From Candidatus Latescibacterota bacterium (GTDB lineage Bacteria > Latescibacterota > UBA2968 > UBA8231): a stretch of DNA of 64,000 bases. The notes beneath the pieces are model-generated. The model ran no database searches. It was not told the origin of the DNA and worked only from the letters and a program-made list of their open reading frames with translations. Positions 49,233-59,633 of this stretch are shown here, piece after piece; position 1 is the first letter of the stretch; every line of letters starts with the position of its first letter. A program made the translations under genes and the position numbers. The stretch is taken from the NCBI GenBank assembly GCA_965215195.1, contig CBDCDC010000002.1:2592001-2656000 (forward strand), given 5' to 3'.

Positions 49233-50804
49233 TCAACCTCCCGGCGGGGCGATCCGCTCCCGACCTAAGCCTTCGGGACGCACAAAGTCCTTGTAGCGGA
49301 GCAAAATTTCCGCTCCATTAATGCTGCGGGCAAAACCCGCCCGCGCCTCTAACTTCTTCACCTCAATCTCGACCCGATTGGCCCCGCGCCTTATTTCCTC
49401 CGCTGCCAAGCGAAAGCGGAACCAGTGTGCCGAAAAACCCAACGGGGCCTGCACCGCCATACTGCCGGCGAGCTGGAGGGGAATGGTCAAGGCGCGCTCG
49501 TCCCTGATTTCGGCTTCGGCGCGGGACAGGACCCGGCCGTTAAAGCGCATTTCGATGTCGTCCTCAATGCAGAAAAAGGCAAAGCGCAGCGTCAAGATGG
49601 CCGGGCGCATCTCGCCGTCGCCCCGGGCGCTCTCCACATCGTCGGCCACCCAAATGTCGAGCGCGACCGTCTCGCCCTCCAAGAGTTGTTCCGGCACTTG
49701 GCGCTCTGGCGTAGAAGTCTCCTCTCCTATGGCCCCCTCGCGCGGCTGTAGCAGATAGCGCTTGTCGCGCCGGGCGTATGCCTGCGGATAGGCCACCTCG
49801 CGCAGGATCTGGTACTCGCGCTCGGCAAGGGGCCAAGGCATATAGCCCAAGTACATCCCGGCGTAGCCCTGCCAAGCGAGGGTCTGGCTGAGGGCGCGAT
49901 ACATCTCAATGCTCGGCAACCCCACCCGCTCGTCGTAGATGCGGCGCGGCGGCCGGTAATACGCGGCCGCACCCGCATTCTCGGCCACCGCGGCCAACCA
50001 CGGCGACCGAATGCCCGGGTCAACCAGCGCGTTCTCGTCTTGGCCGACGACCCAATCGAGGCTACCGGCCCGCAGCCAAGCCGCCACATCCAATCCCACC
50101 GCGAGGTTGTCTTCCTCGCGCAGATGCACCCGCGCCATCAGCGGAATTTTGCGGCCCTGCCGCACACCGATTTCCTCGGCCAACGCCCGCACTTTGGCCA
50201 CAAACTCGGTCATCAGCGGCGCGTTTTCTTGGATTTCGTCCTGTTTGAAATAGAAGTTGTCAAAGCAAAAATCCAGCTCCAACCCATCGGCTCGGTAGCC
50301 TTCTAACACTTCGCCGATGATGGCCAGCTTGTCCTCCTGCACGGCTTCTTGCGCGTAGTCGTAACACCACTCGGCCCGGCCGGCGTCGCCAATGCACACC
50401 GCGGCCCCGCGCTGCTCCTTGAGCCGCCCCGAGCGCTCGTGTCCCGGGCGGGAAGAGTCTTGGAGCTTGAGGCTGGGAAAGACCTTCAGCCCGGTCTCCT
50501 GGCCGCGCTCAATGACGGCCCGCAATTGGTCGGTGCCCAGCTCCTTGGCCACTTCAACCATCCGCATGATCCGCCAGTCAATGTAGTTTTCCCACACCTC
50601 CTTTCCCTGCCCCACCACGCGGCCGACCGCGCTCTGGTGAAAGAAGACGTCGCTATAGCCCAATCCCAAAACTAGCAGATCTACGCCCGTGCCCAGTACC
50701 TCATCTACCGGCCAGTGCAGGAGATGGCGGCTGGCCGGTGGTTCGAGTCGCTTGGCGTGGAAGTGGTGCGCGTCGTTGTAGTGAATCAAACGGGGGCGAT
50801 CCAT
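49233..50804 (-). CDS. Hypothetical protein, glycoside-hydrolase-like TIM barrel suspected
   Basis: IHYND start, YDYAQEAVQE…EVLEGYRADGLELDF, GLDVAAW; family assignment is inference. Confidence 0.6.
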   Translation of the reverse strand: MDRPRLIHYNDAHHFHAKRLEPPASRHLLHWPVDEVLGTGVDLLVLGLGYSDVFFHQSAVGRVVGQGKEVWENYIDWRIMRMVEVAKELGTDQLRAVIERGQETGLKVFPSLKLQDSSRPGHERSGRLKEQRGAAVCIGDAGRAEWCYDYAQEAVQEDKLAIIGEVLEGYRADGLELDFCFDNFYFKQDEIQENAPLMTEFVAKVRALAEEIGVRQGRKIPLMARVHLREEDNLAVGLDVAAWLRAGSLDWVVGQDENALVDPGIRSPWLAAVAENAGAAAYYRPPRRIYDERVGLPSIEMYRALSQTLAWQGYAGMYLGYMPWPLAEREYQILREVAYPQAYARRDKRYLLQPREGAIGEETSTPERQVPEQLLEGETVALDIWVADDVESARGDGEMRPAILTLRFAFFCIEDDIEMRFNGRVLSRAEAEIRDERALTIPLQLAGSMAVQAPLGFSAHWFRFRLAAEEIRRGANRVEIEVKKLEARAGFARSINGAEILLRYKDFVRPEGLGRERIAPPGG

Positions 50805-50857
50805 GGCTAGGCTCCTATTGCTACAGGCCCATCGGCCTCGTAGTGGTTTCGTTCAGC

Positions 50858-51973
50858 TTAGTCCTTCTTGTGGGACAAAACCTGATCCATGTATTTTTCG
50901 CGGCCGAAGAGCGGCTTTTTGTTGTACATTCGCGAGGGGTTGGGAATGAGGCGCAGACTGCGGTCGGCCAGCGGCAGGGCCACGGGCGCACAGCCCCGCC
51001 GGTGCGACTCGCGCACCGCAATGGCCATTTCGAGGACCTTGACGCCGTTCTCGCCGCTGCCCGGCGGATCCGCGCCCCGCTCCAGCGCGTCGACAATGGC
51101 CTTGCAACTAGCCACATTGCGGTCCCCAGGCCACCGCCAGCCCTCGGCGTCGTACCCACGTTTTGCGCCGTAGATTGGCCCTTCCGGCAAGACGCCCTCG
51201 ATTTTTTCCAATTTTTCCCAGCTCGCCCCATCGCCTTCGACGTACCGGTACAAGCCGGCGAGATGGTCGTCTGAGTAGAAGACCCCACCCTCACAGGCCA
51301 CCTCGTAGCCGCGGCCGCGCGCATCTTGGTCCCGGTAGATAAACGCCTCGATCCCATTGGTGAAGCGCACGTATCCGGCCCCGCCTTGGTCGTGCTCGCT
51401 CAGGGGATCATCCCTGACCCAGCCCGATACCCACGCCACCCCGGCGCATCCAGCGAAGTGGCGCATCAGGGTGAAGCGCTGGCAGCCCCCGCCCGACATC
51501 TCCGTGCCCGACCCGCCGAGCAGGGTGATGCGCTTGACCGCCCCCAACTCGCCCGCGCCGATGAACTCTAGGGCCTTTTGGTAGGCCGGCAGGTTGACGT
51601 CCAAGTCGCCCGCGCCAAAGGAGACGCGCCGGTGCTTGCACTCGGCGACCATGCGGTCGGCCTCTTCGAGTGAGGCCGCGATCGGCTTTTCGCAGAGAAT
51701 GGCCTTGACCCTGGCTCGAGCGCAGGCGATGACGACCTCCGGGTTGACGCCAACCGGCAGAATCGGCGCGGCAATGTCGAGCGCCTCTTTCTCTAGCATC
51801 TGGCGATAATCGGCATAACCGGGTACGCCCGTGCGTTTTTGAAACAGCGCCAAATTCTCTGGGTCTCCATCGGCCGCGGCCACCAACTCGGTGCGCTCGT
51901 CGAGCATATAGGCGCGTGCGTGCTGAGTCCCCTTGCGCCCGGCTCCAATCAACCCCACGCGATATTTAGCCAT
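50858..51973 (-). CDS. Gfo/Idh/MocA oxidoreductase
   Basis: VGLIGAGRKG, ILCEKPIA, AVRESHRRG. Confidence 0.9.
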   Translation of the reverse strand: MAKYRVGLIGAGRKGTQHARAYMLDERTELVAAADGDPENLALFQKRTGVPGYADYRQMLEKEALDIAAPILPVGVNPEVVIACARARVKAILCEKPIAASLEEADRMVAECKHRRVSFGAGDLDVNLPAYQKALEFIGAGELGAVKRITLLGGSGTEMSGGGCQRFTLMRHFAGCAGVAWVSGWVRDDPLSEHDQGGAGYVRFTNGIEAFIYRDQDARGRGYEVACEGGVFYSDDHLAGLYRYVEGDGASWEKLEKIEGVLPEGPIYGAKRGYDAEGWRWPGDRNVASCKAIVDALERGADPPGSGENGVKVLEMAIAVRESHRRGCAPVALPLADRSLRLIPNPSRMYNKKPLFGREKYMDQVLSHKKD

Positions 51974-52030
51974 CGTCAGAATCCTCCTTATATATGGTCT
52001 ATTTCTTTGGCACTTACAGCGGAATGTTCT

Positions 52031-54367
52031 TCACTTGAGATAGATCACGCGGCGCGTCTGCTTCCCGCCCGGATAGTGCAGACATGCCACATAGACGCCA
52101 GCCGCCACCGCAACACCCCGCTGGTCGCGGGCATCCCAAGGAACCTGATATACGCCAGCGGCTTGGACGTGGTCAACCAGTGTGCGCACGGGCTGACCTA
52201 AGACCGTGTAGATCGCCAGCCGCACCGGACCGGGCGCAGCCAAGCGGTAGGGGATCTGGGTAGTACTGTTGAAAGGATTGGGGAAACTGGGATCTAGGCC
52301 GCTGGTGGTCGGCATCGCCGGCTGTGGCGTTCCGGCTACCGCCGTGGCAGTGGGATCGAATAATGGATAGCCGGGATTGCCGGACAGGTTGAGCCGTTGC
52401 AGCGCCGGCAATTCGCTAAACGCATCCGCAGGCAATGTCTCAAGAGCATTGAAGCGCAGATCGAGCCGTTGCAGGGACCTCAGACCGGAAAATACATCGG
52501 CAGACAACGACCTAAGGGCATTGGCGGACAGATCGAGCCATCGCAGGGACCTCAGACCGGAAAACACACCGGGCGACAACGACGCAAGAGCATTGTCCCA
52601 CAGATCGAGCTGTCGCAGCGACGACAGACCCGAAAACACACCCGCAGGCAACAATGCAAGAGTGTTGCCGCCTAGAGAGAGCGTTTGCAGGGACCTCAGA
52701 CCGGAAAACACACCGGGCGACAACGACGCAAGAGCGTTGTCCCACAGAGTGAGCGTTTGCAGGGATATTAGACCGGCGAACATGTCGGCAGGCAACGACG
52801 CAAGGACATTGTTGTTCAGATGAAGCGTTTGCAGCGACGACAGATCGGCGAACACACCGGCAGGCAACGTCTCAAGGACATTATCGTTCAGATGAAGCGT
52901 TTGCAGCGACGACAGATCGGCGAACACATCAACGGGCAACGACGCAAGGGCATTGTCGTACAAATTGAGCCGTTGCAGCGACGACAGATCGGCGAACACA
53001 CCGGCAGGCAACGTCTCAAGGGCATTATCGTTCAGAGCGAGCAATTCCAGCGACGACAGACCCGAAAACACACCAACAGGCAACGTCTCAAGGACGTTAT
53101 CGTTCAGAGCGAGCAATTCCAGCGACGACAGACCCGAAAACACACCAACAGGCAACGACACAAGGGCGTTGTCTTGTAGGTAAAGCCTTGGCAGCGATGT
53201 TAGATCCGAAAACACACCGGGCGGCAACGACCCAAGGGCGTTATCGAACAGAGTGAGCGCCTCCAGTAACGGCAGCCCCGAAAACACGTTTTCCGGCAAG
53301 GACGTGAGAGCGTTACCGGACAGAGTGAGGGATTGCAGTGAACTCAGATTGGAAAACACACCGGGCGGCAACGTCTCAAGGGCGTTGTTGTTCAGGTCAA
53401 GCAATTGCAGCGACGACAGACCCGAAAACACACCAGCAGGCAACGACCCAAGAGCGTTGCTAGACAGAAAGAGCAATTGCAGTGAGGTCAGATTGGAAAA
53501 CACACCGGGCGGCAACGACCCAAGGGCGTTACCGGACAGCCTGAGTCTTTGCAGTGAGGTCAGATCGGCGAACACACCGGCGGGCAATGTCTCAAGGGCG
53601 TTACCGGACAGCCAGAGGAATTCCAGCGACGACAGACCCGAAAACACCCCAACTGGCAAGGACGTAAGAGCGTTATCGGCTAGACCGATCCTTTGCAGGG
53701 ACGACAAACCGCTAAACACATCCGCAGGTAATGACTCAAGACTGTTGTCGGACAGACCGAGCGCTTGTAGGGACGACAAACCGCTAAACACACCCGAAGG
53801 CAACGACCCAAGAGCGTTGCTGGACAGCCAGAGATCTTGCAGGGATGACAGACCGGAAAACACGCCCGCTGGCAACGACTCAAGGCTGTTGTAGGCCAGA
53901 TTGAGCGATTGCAGTGAGGTCAGACCGGAAAACACATCGGGCGGTAACGACTCAAGAGCGTTCTCGTACAGAGTGAGCGTTTCCAGAGACGACAAACCGC
54001 TAAACACACCCGAAGGCAACGACCCAAGAGCGTTGCTGCGCAGAGTGAGCGTTTCCAGAGACGACAAACCGGCGAAATCGCCCGCCTGTAGGCTCGAAAT
54101 TCCTCTATGCCTGAGGAACAGTTCGCCGGTAATCGCGGCAAGTTTCTCTTCGGTCACTCCCGCACAACCGCCGACGCGGGAAGTCCGCTTGAGAATGGCC
54201 TGTTGTACCTGCGGAGTGCGGTCACAGATGCCGCCAGGGGTCGTCTGCGCCCAGGCAACTCCACTAAAAGTCTGGACGAAGAGGACGAAGAAGCAAAGCG
54301 CACCCGCTGCTATAGCTCTATTGGCGGGGACCTCCGTTTTATCCGTCTCAGCAGTTAGCCAGTACAT
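52031..54367 (-). CDS. Secreted LRR protein (23 full 24-aa repeats plus a partial one) with C-terminal FlgD-Ig/T9SS-type domain; start uncertain (54367 or 54442)
   Basis: Cap GICDRTPQV…C; LSSLQxLxLxxNALxSLPxGVFSG repeats; PNPFNSTTQIPYRL…GQPVRTLV…WDARDQRG…GVY. Confidence 0.88.
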   Translation of the reverse strand: MYWLTAETDKTEVPANRAIAAGALCFFVLFVQTFSGVAWAQTTPGGICDRTPQVQQAILKRTSRVGGCAGVTEEKLAAITGELFLRHRGISSLQAGDFAGLSSLETLTLRSNALGSLPSGVFSGLSSLETLTLYENALESLPPDVFSGLTSLQSLNLAYNSLESLPAGVFSGLSSLQDLWLSSNALGSLPSGVFSGLSSLQALGLSDNSLESLPADVFSGLSSLQRIGLADNALTSLPVGVFSGLSSLEFLWLSGNALETLPAGVFADLTSLQRLRLSGNALGSLPPGVFSNLTSLQLLFLSSNALGSLPAGVFSGLSSLQLLDLNNNALETLPPGVFSNLSSLQSLTLSGNALTSLPENVFSGLPLLEALTLFDNALGSLPPGVFSDLTSLPRLYLQDNALVSLPVGVFSGLSSLELLALNDNVLETLPVGVFSGLSSLELLALNDNALETLPAGVFADLSSLQRLNLYDNALASLPVDVFADLSSLQTLHLNDNVLETLPAGVFADLSSLQTLHLNNNVLASLPADMFAGLISLQTLTLWDNALASLSPGVFSGLRSLQTLSLGGNTLALLPAGVFSGLSSLRQLDLWDNALASLSPGVFSGLRSLRWLDLSANALRSLSADVFSGLRSLQRLDLRFNALETLPADAFSELPALQRLNLSGNPGYPLFDPTATAVAGTPQPAMPTTSGLDPSFPNPFNSTTQIPYRLAAPGPVRLAIYTVLGQPVRTLVDHVQAAGVYQVPWDARDQRGVAVAAGVYVACLHYPGGKQTRRVIYLK

Positions 54368-54445
54368 CCGTTGCCTGCTTAGAAGCGGTTGAGCTATAAA
54401 AGTGAGGAGCCGACACAAAAGAGGAACAGCCGAACTACTCAATGC

Positions 54446-54788
54446 CTAAGCCCTCCGACTCGCCCGCGCCCACAGCAGCCCCAGCGTCACCGCCACCACC
54501 ACCAAAAAGGGCACCGCCAAGTGATTGAGCCTGTCCCAGCCAAACATCCCCTCCAAAGGTGCCGCCCCAAAACTGGTCATCACCATCAGGCCAAAGACCA
54601 GAAAGTCATTGCACGATTGCACCCGCGCCTTTTCCTCGGGCCGGTGCGTCGTCGCCAAGAGCGAAGGTCGCCAGCGCGGGATTCGGCGTCAACCGCTGGC
54701 CGACGAGCGCCATGCTCGAGAGCATGACGATGCTGGCGGTGCGCGAGAGGGCCTCGCACAAAAAGAGCAGCGAAACATTTCTCACGCG
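54446..54788 (-). pseudogene. Internally deleted, frameshifted MFS transporter
   Basis: N-terminal RNVSLLF/CEALSRTASIVMLSSMALVGQRLTPNPALATF joined out of frame to C-terminal HRPEEKARVQSCNDFLVFG…GWDRLN. Confidence 0.7.
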
Positions 54789-54796
54789 AGCTAGGC

Positions 54797-55873
54797 CTAT
54801 CGGCCCGGTCGTTGATTATTTTTTCGCCGCGTCGCCACGGCCGCGGCCAATTCCTCCAGCACCTCCACCGTCGTCTCCCACCCGATACAGGCATCGGTAA
54901 TGCTCTGCCCGTAAACCAACTCACTACCTGCCTGCTGTTTCTGATTGCCCTCGATTAGGTGGCTTTCCAGCATCACCCCGAAAACATCCCGCGTCCCTCC
55001 CACTACCTGCGCGGCGACCGCACTTGCAACAGCCGGCTGGCGCTTGTGAGCCTTGGCGCTGTTGCCGTGGCTGCAATCGATCATCACGCGGTGCGGCAAG
55101 CCCGCCTCCTTGAGCCGGGCGGCGGCCGCGCCGACGCTGACGTGATCGTAGTTGGGGCCATCGCTGCCGCCGCGCAAAATCAGATGACAGCTCGCATTGC
55201 CCGAAGTCCCGACAATCGCCGCAATGCCCTGCTTGGTCACCGAGAGAAAGTGATGCGGGTGCCGGGCGGCACCGATGGCGTCAAGGGCGATCTGTACATT
55301 GCCCGCAGTCCCGTTCTTGAAGCCAACCGGCATCGACAGGCCCGAAGCCAATTCGCGGTGAACCTGACTTTCGGTGGTGCGGGCACCAATGGCCCCCCAA
55401 GCAATCAGGTCGGCGATAAACTGCGGCGTGATGGTATCGAGGAATTCGGAACCAGCCGGCAAGCCCATATCCGCCAACTGCACCAGCAAGCCGCGGGCGG
55501 CGCGCAAGCCGCTGTTGATGGCAAAGCTGTCGTCCAAGTGCGGGTCGTTGATCAACCCCTTCCAGCCGACGGTTGTGCGCGGCTTCTCGAAATACACGCG
55601 CATCACCACGCACAACTCGTCGCTTAGGGCCGCGGCCTTTTTTTTGAGCCGGTCCGCGTATTCGAGCGCGGCTTGGGGGTCGTGGATCGAACACGGCCCG
55701 ACCACTACCACTAGCCGGTCGTCCTCTCCGGCTAGTATGGCGTCCAATGCGCGGCGGGCAGAAGCCACAGTGTGGGAGGCGGCTTCCGAAATGGGCAATT
55801 CTTCCATTAGAATCGCCGGTGGGATCAGTGGTTTGAGTTGGGCAATGCGCAGATCGTCAGTTGATTCGAACAA
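54797..55873 (-). CDS. aroG: 3-deoxy-7-phosphoheptulonate (DAHP) synthase, class I alpha (AroF/G/H type)
   Basis: GPCSIHD, RVYFEKPRTTVGWKG, IGARTTESQVHR, DCSHGNS, YGQSITDAC; the paralogue name is uncertain. Confidence 0.9.
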   Translation of the reverse strand: MFESTDDLRIAQLKPLIPPAILMEELPISEAASHTVASARRALDAILAGEDDRLVVVVGPCSIHDPQAALEYADRLKKKAAALSDELCVVMRVYFEKPRTTVGWKGLINDPHLDDSFAINSGLRAARGLLVQLADMGLPAGSEFLDTITPQFIADLIAWGAIGARTTESQVHRELASGLSMPVGFKNGTAGNVQIALDAIGAARHPHHFLSVTKQGIAAIVGTSGNASCHLILRGGSDGPNYDHVSVGAAAARLKEAGLPHRVMIDCSHGNSAKAHKRQPAVASAVAAQVVGGTRDVFGVMLESHLIEGNQKQQAGSELVYGQSITDACIGWETTVEVLEELAAAVATRRKNNQRPGR

Positions 55874-55898
55874 GTCTTTCTACTCCTCCTAGTTATAA

Positions 55899-56055
55899 AC
55901 GGACGTTGCGCACGGCCGGCCCCGTCATTCCCGCACTTCACCCCCTGCTTTCGCAGGGGCTCACCACGCCCCCGTTTTCAAGGGCGCAGGCTTTGAGGCG
56001 TGGCATCCAAGGGGGGGATCGCACGGAGACGATGGTGCCCGTGCGTAACATCAGT
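55899..56055. mobile_element. MITE-like element of the same family as 8931-9179
   Basis: Ends ACGGACGTTGCGCAC / GTGCGTAACATCAGT (12/15 match); internal GTCATTCCCGCACTTCACC…GGCGTGGCATCCA. Confidence 0.55.
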
Positions 56056-56082
56056 CGTAAATTTTTATCGCCTAAACCCTAT

Positions 56083-57309
56083 TCACGCGCCACCCGGCAC
56101 CCAACCCAAAGCCGCAAAGTTCTTGCCGGTGAGATTCCGCATAAAGCGCGCCCGCTCGCGCGCTTCCCGTAGGTCCTCGCGCAGGTCCTCCGGCCGATGC
56201 GCCCGGCCCCGGCGCACGGTCAATACCGGCTCAATTTTGCGGTCGCCTTGCGCACACTGGCCGCGCACATCCCGGAACTCGAACACCCCCTCCAGCACCT
56301 CAAACGCCGCCAGATCCGCCACCGTCCCCTCCCGCAAAGTACCCAACTCCCCGCCGCGCCCAATGGCGGCGGCCGCCGCGGCCGTGCTCTGCTGCACGAC
56401 GCGCTCCAGCGGTACGCCCAAGTTGAGCAGCTTCGACGCGGTCTCCGGCATACTCTCGATCGGGCTATCCCAGCTATGGGCGTGCAAATCCGTGCTGATC
56501 ACGTCGGCGACAAAGCCGTCGGCCAAGGCCTGTCGCGCAATCCGGTAGTCGAAACTGCCGCCGCCGTGCCCCACGTCGAAGAGCACGCCCCGCTCCCGCG
56601 CTTCCCATACCTGCGGCACCACTGTCCCGGAGTCGTCCACCACGCAGTCTCCCGTGCCCTGATAACAATGGGTCACTACATCGCCGGGTCGCAGCAGGGC
56701 GAGCACGTCCGCAATCGGCACCCCCCGGGCGATGTGTACCATCACCGGCACCCCGGCCCACGCGGCCGCCTGCACTGCTAGCTGCAAGGGTTTGGTCCCG
56801 TTCTCGCCGACTTGGAAACCGCCCTGCCGCACCTTGACGCCGACGCAGTGCGCCTGCCAGTGATGGGCCGCAAACGCCGTGCGCTCTGGATCGCCGTACT
56901 GCAAATCGATCATCTCCCCCACCGGCCCACAAGTCAAGCCAATCGCCGAAATGTGTACGTACCCCAAAACTTGGGTCCGCGCCGGCTCAATGACATAATC
57001 GACAAACCCCGCGAAGTTGGCCCACCCGGCGCTTCCAGCATCGACGATTGTCGTCACGCCCGTGGCCAAGCACAGGGCATCGCCGCGAATGCCCCAAGTC
57101 GTGCATCCCGCGTAGAGATGCGCGTGGATATCGATCCAACCCGGCGTCAGGATTTTGCCGGACAGGTCTATGGTCTCCGCGGCCGGGGCCGTTATTTTCT
57201 CGGCCACTTCGGCGATCTCCTCCCCGACGATCCCCACATCGCGGATCCCATCCACGCCCTGCGCCGGGTCCATAACCCGCGCACCTTTTAACAACAGATC
57301 GTAGGCCAT
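56083..57309 (-). CDS. Amidohydrolase/deacetylase (dihydroorotase-like) metallohydrolase
   Basis: PGWIDIHAH, GVTTIVDAGSAG, GDVVTHC, FDVGHGGGSF, ISTDLH. Confidence 0.9.
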   Translation of the reverse strand: MAYDLLLKGARVMDPAQGVDGIRDVGIVGEEIAEVAEKITAPAAETIDLSGKILTPGWIDIHAHLYAGCTTWGIRGDALCLATGVTTIVDAGSAGWANFAGFVDYVIEPARTQVLGYVHISAIGLTCGPVGEMIDLQYGDPERTAFAAHHWQAHCVGVKVRQGGFQVGENGTKPLQLAVQAAAWAGVPVMVHIARGVPIADVLALLRPGDVVTHCYQGTGDCVVDDSGTVVPQVWEARERGVLFDVGHGGGSFDYRIARQALADGFVADVISTDLHAHSWDSPIESMPETASKLLNLGVPLERVVQQSTAAAAAAIGRGGELGTLREGTVADLAAFEVLEGVFEFRDVRGQCAQGDRKIEPVLTVRRGRAHRPEDLREDLREARERARFMRNLTGKNFAALGWVPGGA

Positions 57310-57403
57310 TGCCCTTACTCCATTATCCTCTGTGGCTTCTTGACACGCCTAGGCCCAACCCCGTATATAATTCGCTTTTTTTACCCCTACTCCGAGAGCC
57401 ACT

Positions 57404-58402
57404 ATGGGAAACGCTCCACCGGCCGAAGGCATCCGCATCCCAGCCGCTGCCTTGCGCCAACTCACCGCCGACTTCTTCCACAAAGCCGGCACCAACCCCG
57501 CAGACGCCCAGCTCCTCGCCGACCTCTTAACGGCCACCGACCTGCGCGGCGTCCACAGCCACGGCACTTGGCAAATCCCCGGGTACGTGCGCCTGATGCT
57601 CGAAGGCCGCGTCAATCCCCGCCCTAATATAAAGGTGACCCGTTCAACCACCACTGCCCGCGTCTATGACGGCGATGGCGGCATGGGGCATTTTCCCTGC
57701 CACCAAGCCATGACTTGGGCAGCCGAGACGGCCGCAGAGTACGGCACGGCCGCGGCGACTACCCGCAACCACTTCCACTTCGGCAGCGCCGGCAAGTATT
57801 CGCGGATAGCCGCGGCGGCTGGCTGCATTGGGATAGCCATCTCCTCGCACCGCTACGACCTGCCGCCGGAATCGCTAGTCAAAGGCGTCAACGCCACGTC
57901 GCCGATCAGCATCGCCTTCCCCAACCGGGAGCAACCGCCCCTCGTGCTCGACATGGGCGCGCACATGCTGCCTTGGGGCGAGGAACTCTTCGCGCAGATC
58001 CCCTTCGCCTTTTTTAAGGAACTGGGCATCGGCGCGGTAAACCGGGCACTGGGCGGCGTGTTGGCCGGGATTTACCTGCCGCAATTTATCCCGCCGACGT
58101 CGCCTTGGGAATCCAACCAAGGCTCCTTCCTAGCGGCCTTTGACGTGCGTGCTTTTATGCCTTTAGAAGAATTCCACGCGCAGATGGACGCGTTTGTCGC
58201 CGCCGCCCGCAACATGCAGCCCTTCCCCGGCCTCGACTGCGCCGAACTGCCCGGCAATCTGGAGTGGCAACGGGAGCGCGAGTACGCCCGCGACGGCGTA
58301 CCCATCGGCCCCCAACACCAGCAAAACCTTCAGGACCTAGCTGACGAACTGGGGGTAGCCACTCCCTTCGCCGCCTACGAGCACACCCGCTTCACTGCCT
58401 AA
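57404..58402 (+). CDS. Ldh_2 (malate/L-sulfolactate dehydrogenase family) oxidoreductase
   Basis: DLRGVHSHG, DGDGGMG, RNHFHFGSAG, LVLDM, LPG.LE. Confidence 0.88.
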   Translation: MGNAPPAEGIRIPAAALRQLTADFFHKAGTNPADAQLLADLLTATDLRGVHSHGTWQIPGYVRLMLEGRVNPRPNIKVTRSTTTARVYDGDGGMGHFPCHQAMTWAAETAAEYGTAAATTRNHFHFGSAGKYSRIAAAAGCIGIAISSHRYDLPPESLVKGVNATSPISIAFPNREQPPLVLDMGAHMLPWGEELFAQIPFAFFKELGIGAVNRALGGVLAGIYLPQFIPPTSPWESNQGSFLAAFDVRAFMPLEEFHAQMDAFVAAARNMQPFPGLDCAELPGNLEWQREREYARDGVPIGPQHQQNLQDLADELGVATPFAAYEHTRFTA

Positions 58403-58419
58403 AAAAAGAAGAGGAACAG

Positions 58420-59418
58420 ATGACTCAACCCCGCATCCTGTCCAGCGTCGAGATCGAGTTTCAAGGCCAAAGCAAGGCCCGCCAGCTTATTGAGCGCGCC
58501 GGCTTCGCCATTGAGGTCCAACACCCCCAACCCGGCTGGCTCGACGAGGAAACGCGAGCGAAGCTAGACGGCTTCGACGCCCTGCTGGCCGGCGGCGAAA
58601 ACCTCAACGCTACCACCATGGACCAAGCAGCACAGCTCAAGATCATCGCCCGCAACGGCGTCGGCTTCGACAAGGTTGACCTCGATTACTGCACCCAGCG
58701 CGGCATCGTCGTCACCAATACCCCCGGTGCCATGGCCGACGCCGTGGCCGACCTGACTTTCGCCCTACTCCTCGGAATGGTGCGCTCGCTAAAGTTAGGC
58801 GACCATCGGGTCAAAACGGAAGACGCCTACGACGTTCCGGTCGGCGAGGACCTCTGCGCCATGACCTTGGGGCTGGTCGGCTGCGGCCGCATCGGCGCTG
58901 AGGTCGTGCGCCGCGCCCGCGGCTTCAAGATGCGAGTCCTCGTCCACGATCCTTGGATTGACGACGCGCAAATCCGCGCCCTCGGTGCCGAGCCTGCCGA
59001 CCGCACCGCCCTGCTGTCCCAAGCCGACGCCATTACCTTGCACCTGCCGCTGAGCGAGGGAAACCGCCACCTCGTCAATGCCGACTTCCTCGGCCTTATG
59101 AAAGAGGGTGCCTACCTGATTAACACCGCCCGCGGCGGTTTAGTTGACGAAGCCGCCCTGCTCGCCGCGCTCGACAGCGGCCATCTAGCCGGTGCCGGCC
59201 TCGACTGCCAAGCCACCGAGCCGCCCCAAGGCCAGTCCCTCGAACTGGTCCGCCGCGACGAGGTGCTAGCCCTGCCCCACACCGGCTCCAAGACCCTAAG
59301 CGCCCGCAAGCGCATGGCCTTCGTCGCCGCGCAGAGCATCGTCGCCCTGTTGCAGGGCAAAGTCCCGGATCACGTGGTCAACAAAGAAGTGCTGGATAGA
59401 CTGGATTTGGCGGGGTAG
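58420..59418 (+). CDS. D-isomer-specific 2-hydroxyacid dehydrogenase (SerA-like catalytic core)
   Basis: RNGVGFDKVD, GLVGCGRIG, INTARGGLVDE, EP, PHTG. Confidence 0.9.
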   Translation: MTQPRILSSVEIEFQGQSKARQLIERAGFAIEVQHPQPGWLDEETRAKLDGFDALLAGGENLNATTMDQAAQLKIIARNGVGFDKVDLDYCTQRGIVVTNTPGAMADAVADLTFALLLGMVRSLKLGDHRVKTEDAYDVPVGEDLCAMTLGLVGCGRIGAEVVRRARGFKMRVLVHDPWIDDAQIRALGAEPADRTALLSQADAITLHLPLSEGNRHLVNADFLGLMKEGAYLINTARGGLVDEAALLAALDSGHLAGAGLDCQATEPPQGQSLELVRRDEVLALPHTGSKTLSARKRMAFVAAQSIVALLQGKVPDHVVNKEVLDRLDLAG

Positions 59419-59633
59419 GGGAAAACGGCGAGGGTGAGGATGTCGGGATATTGCCACACTGTTCTCCTCGACCAGATTGCCAATATACCATTTACTCGCA
59501 CAAATTGGCTCCAGCCAAGAGTACTACGGACCTGAGAACATCATGCGGCTTACCTTCAACCCTATTCGGCAGGTCTTCCCACCTAATTGATTTCTCACGG
59601 TCCAAATCGGCCAAGGAGCATGTGCCTAATCGG

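Noticed and set aside
45450-54070. Diversity-generating retroelement behind the LRR variation
   Set aside because: No reverse transcriptase or template/variable repeat pair in the window; the substitutions are not evidently adenine-specific
57340-57371. TTGACA…TATAAT promoter before the Ldh_2 gene
   Set aside because: The spacer is 20 nt (18 nt to TATATA), so it is not called with confidence
59430-59630. Intergenic stretch with a short minus-strand reading frame
   Set aside because: About 40 codons, with no clear RBS or recognisable similarity
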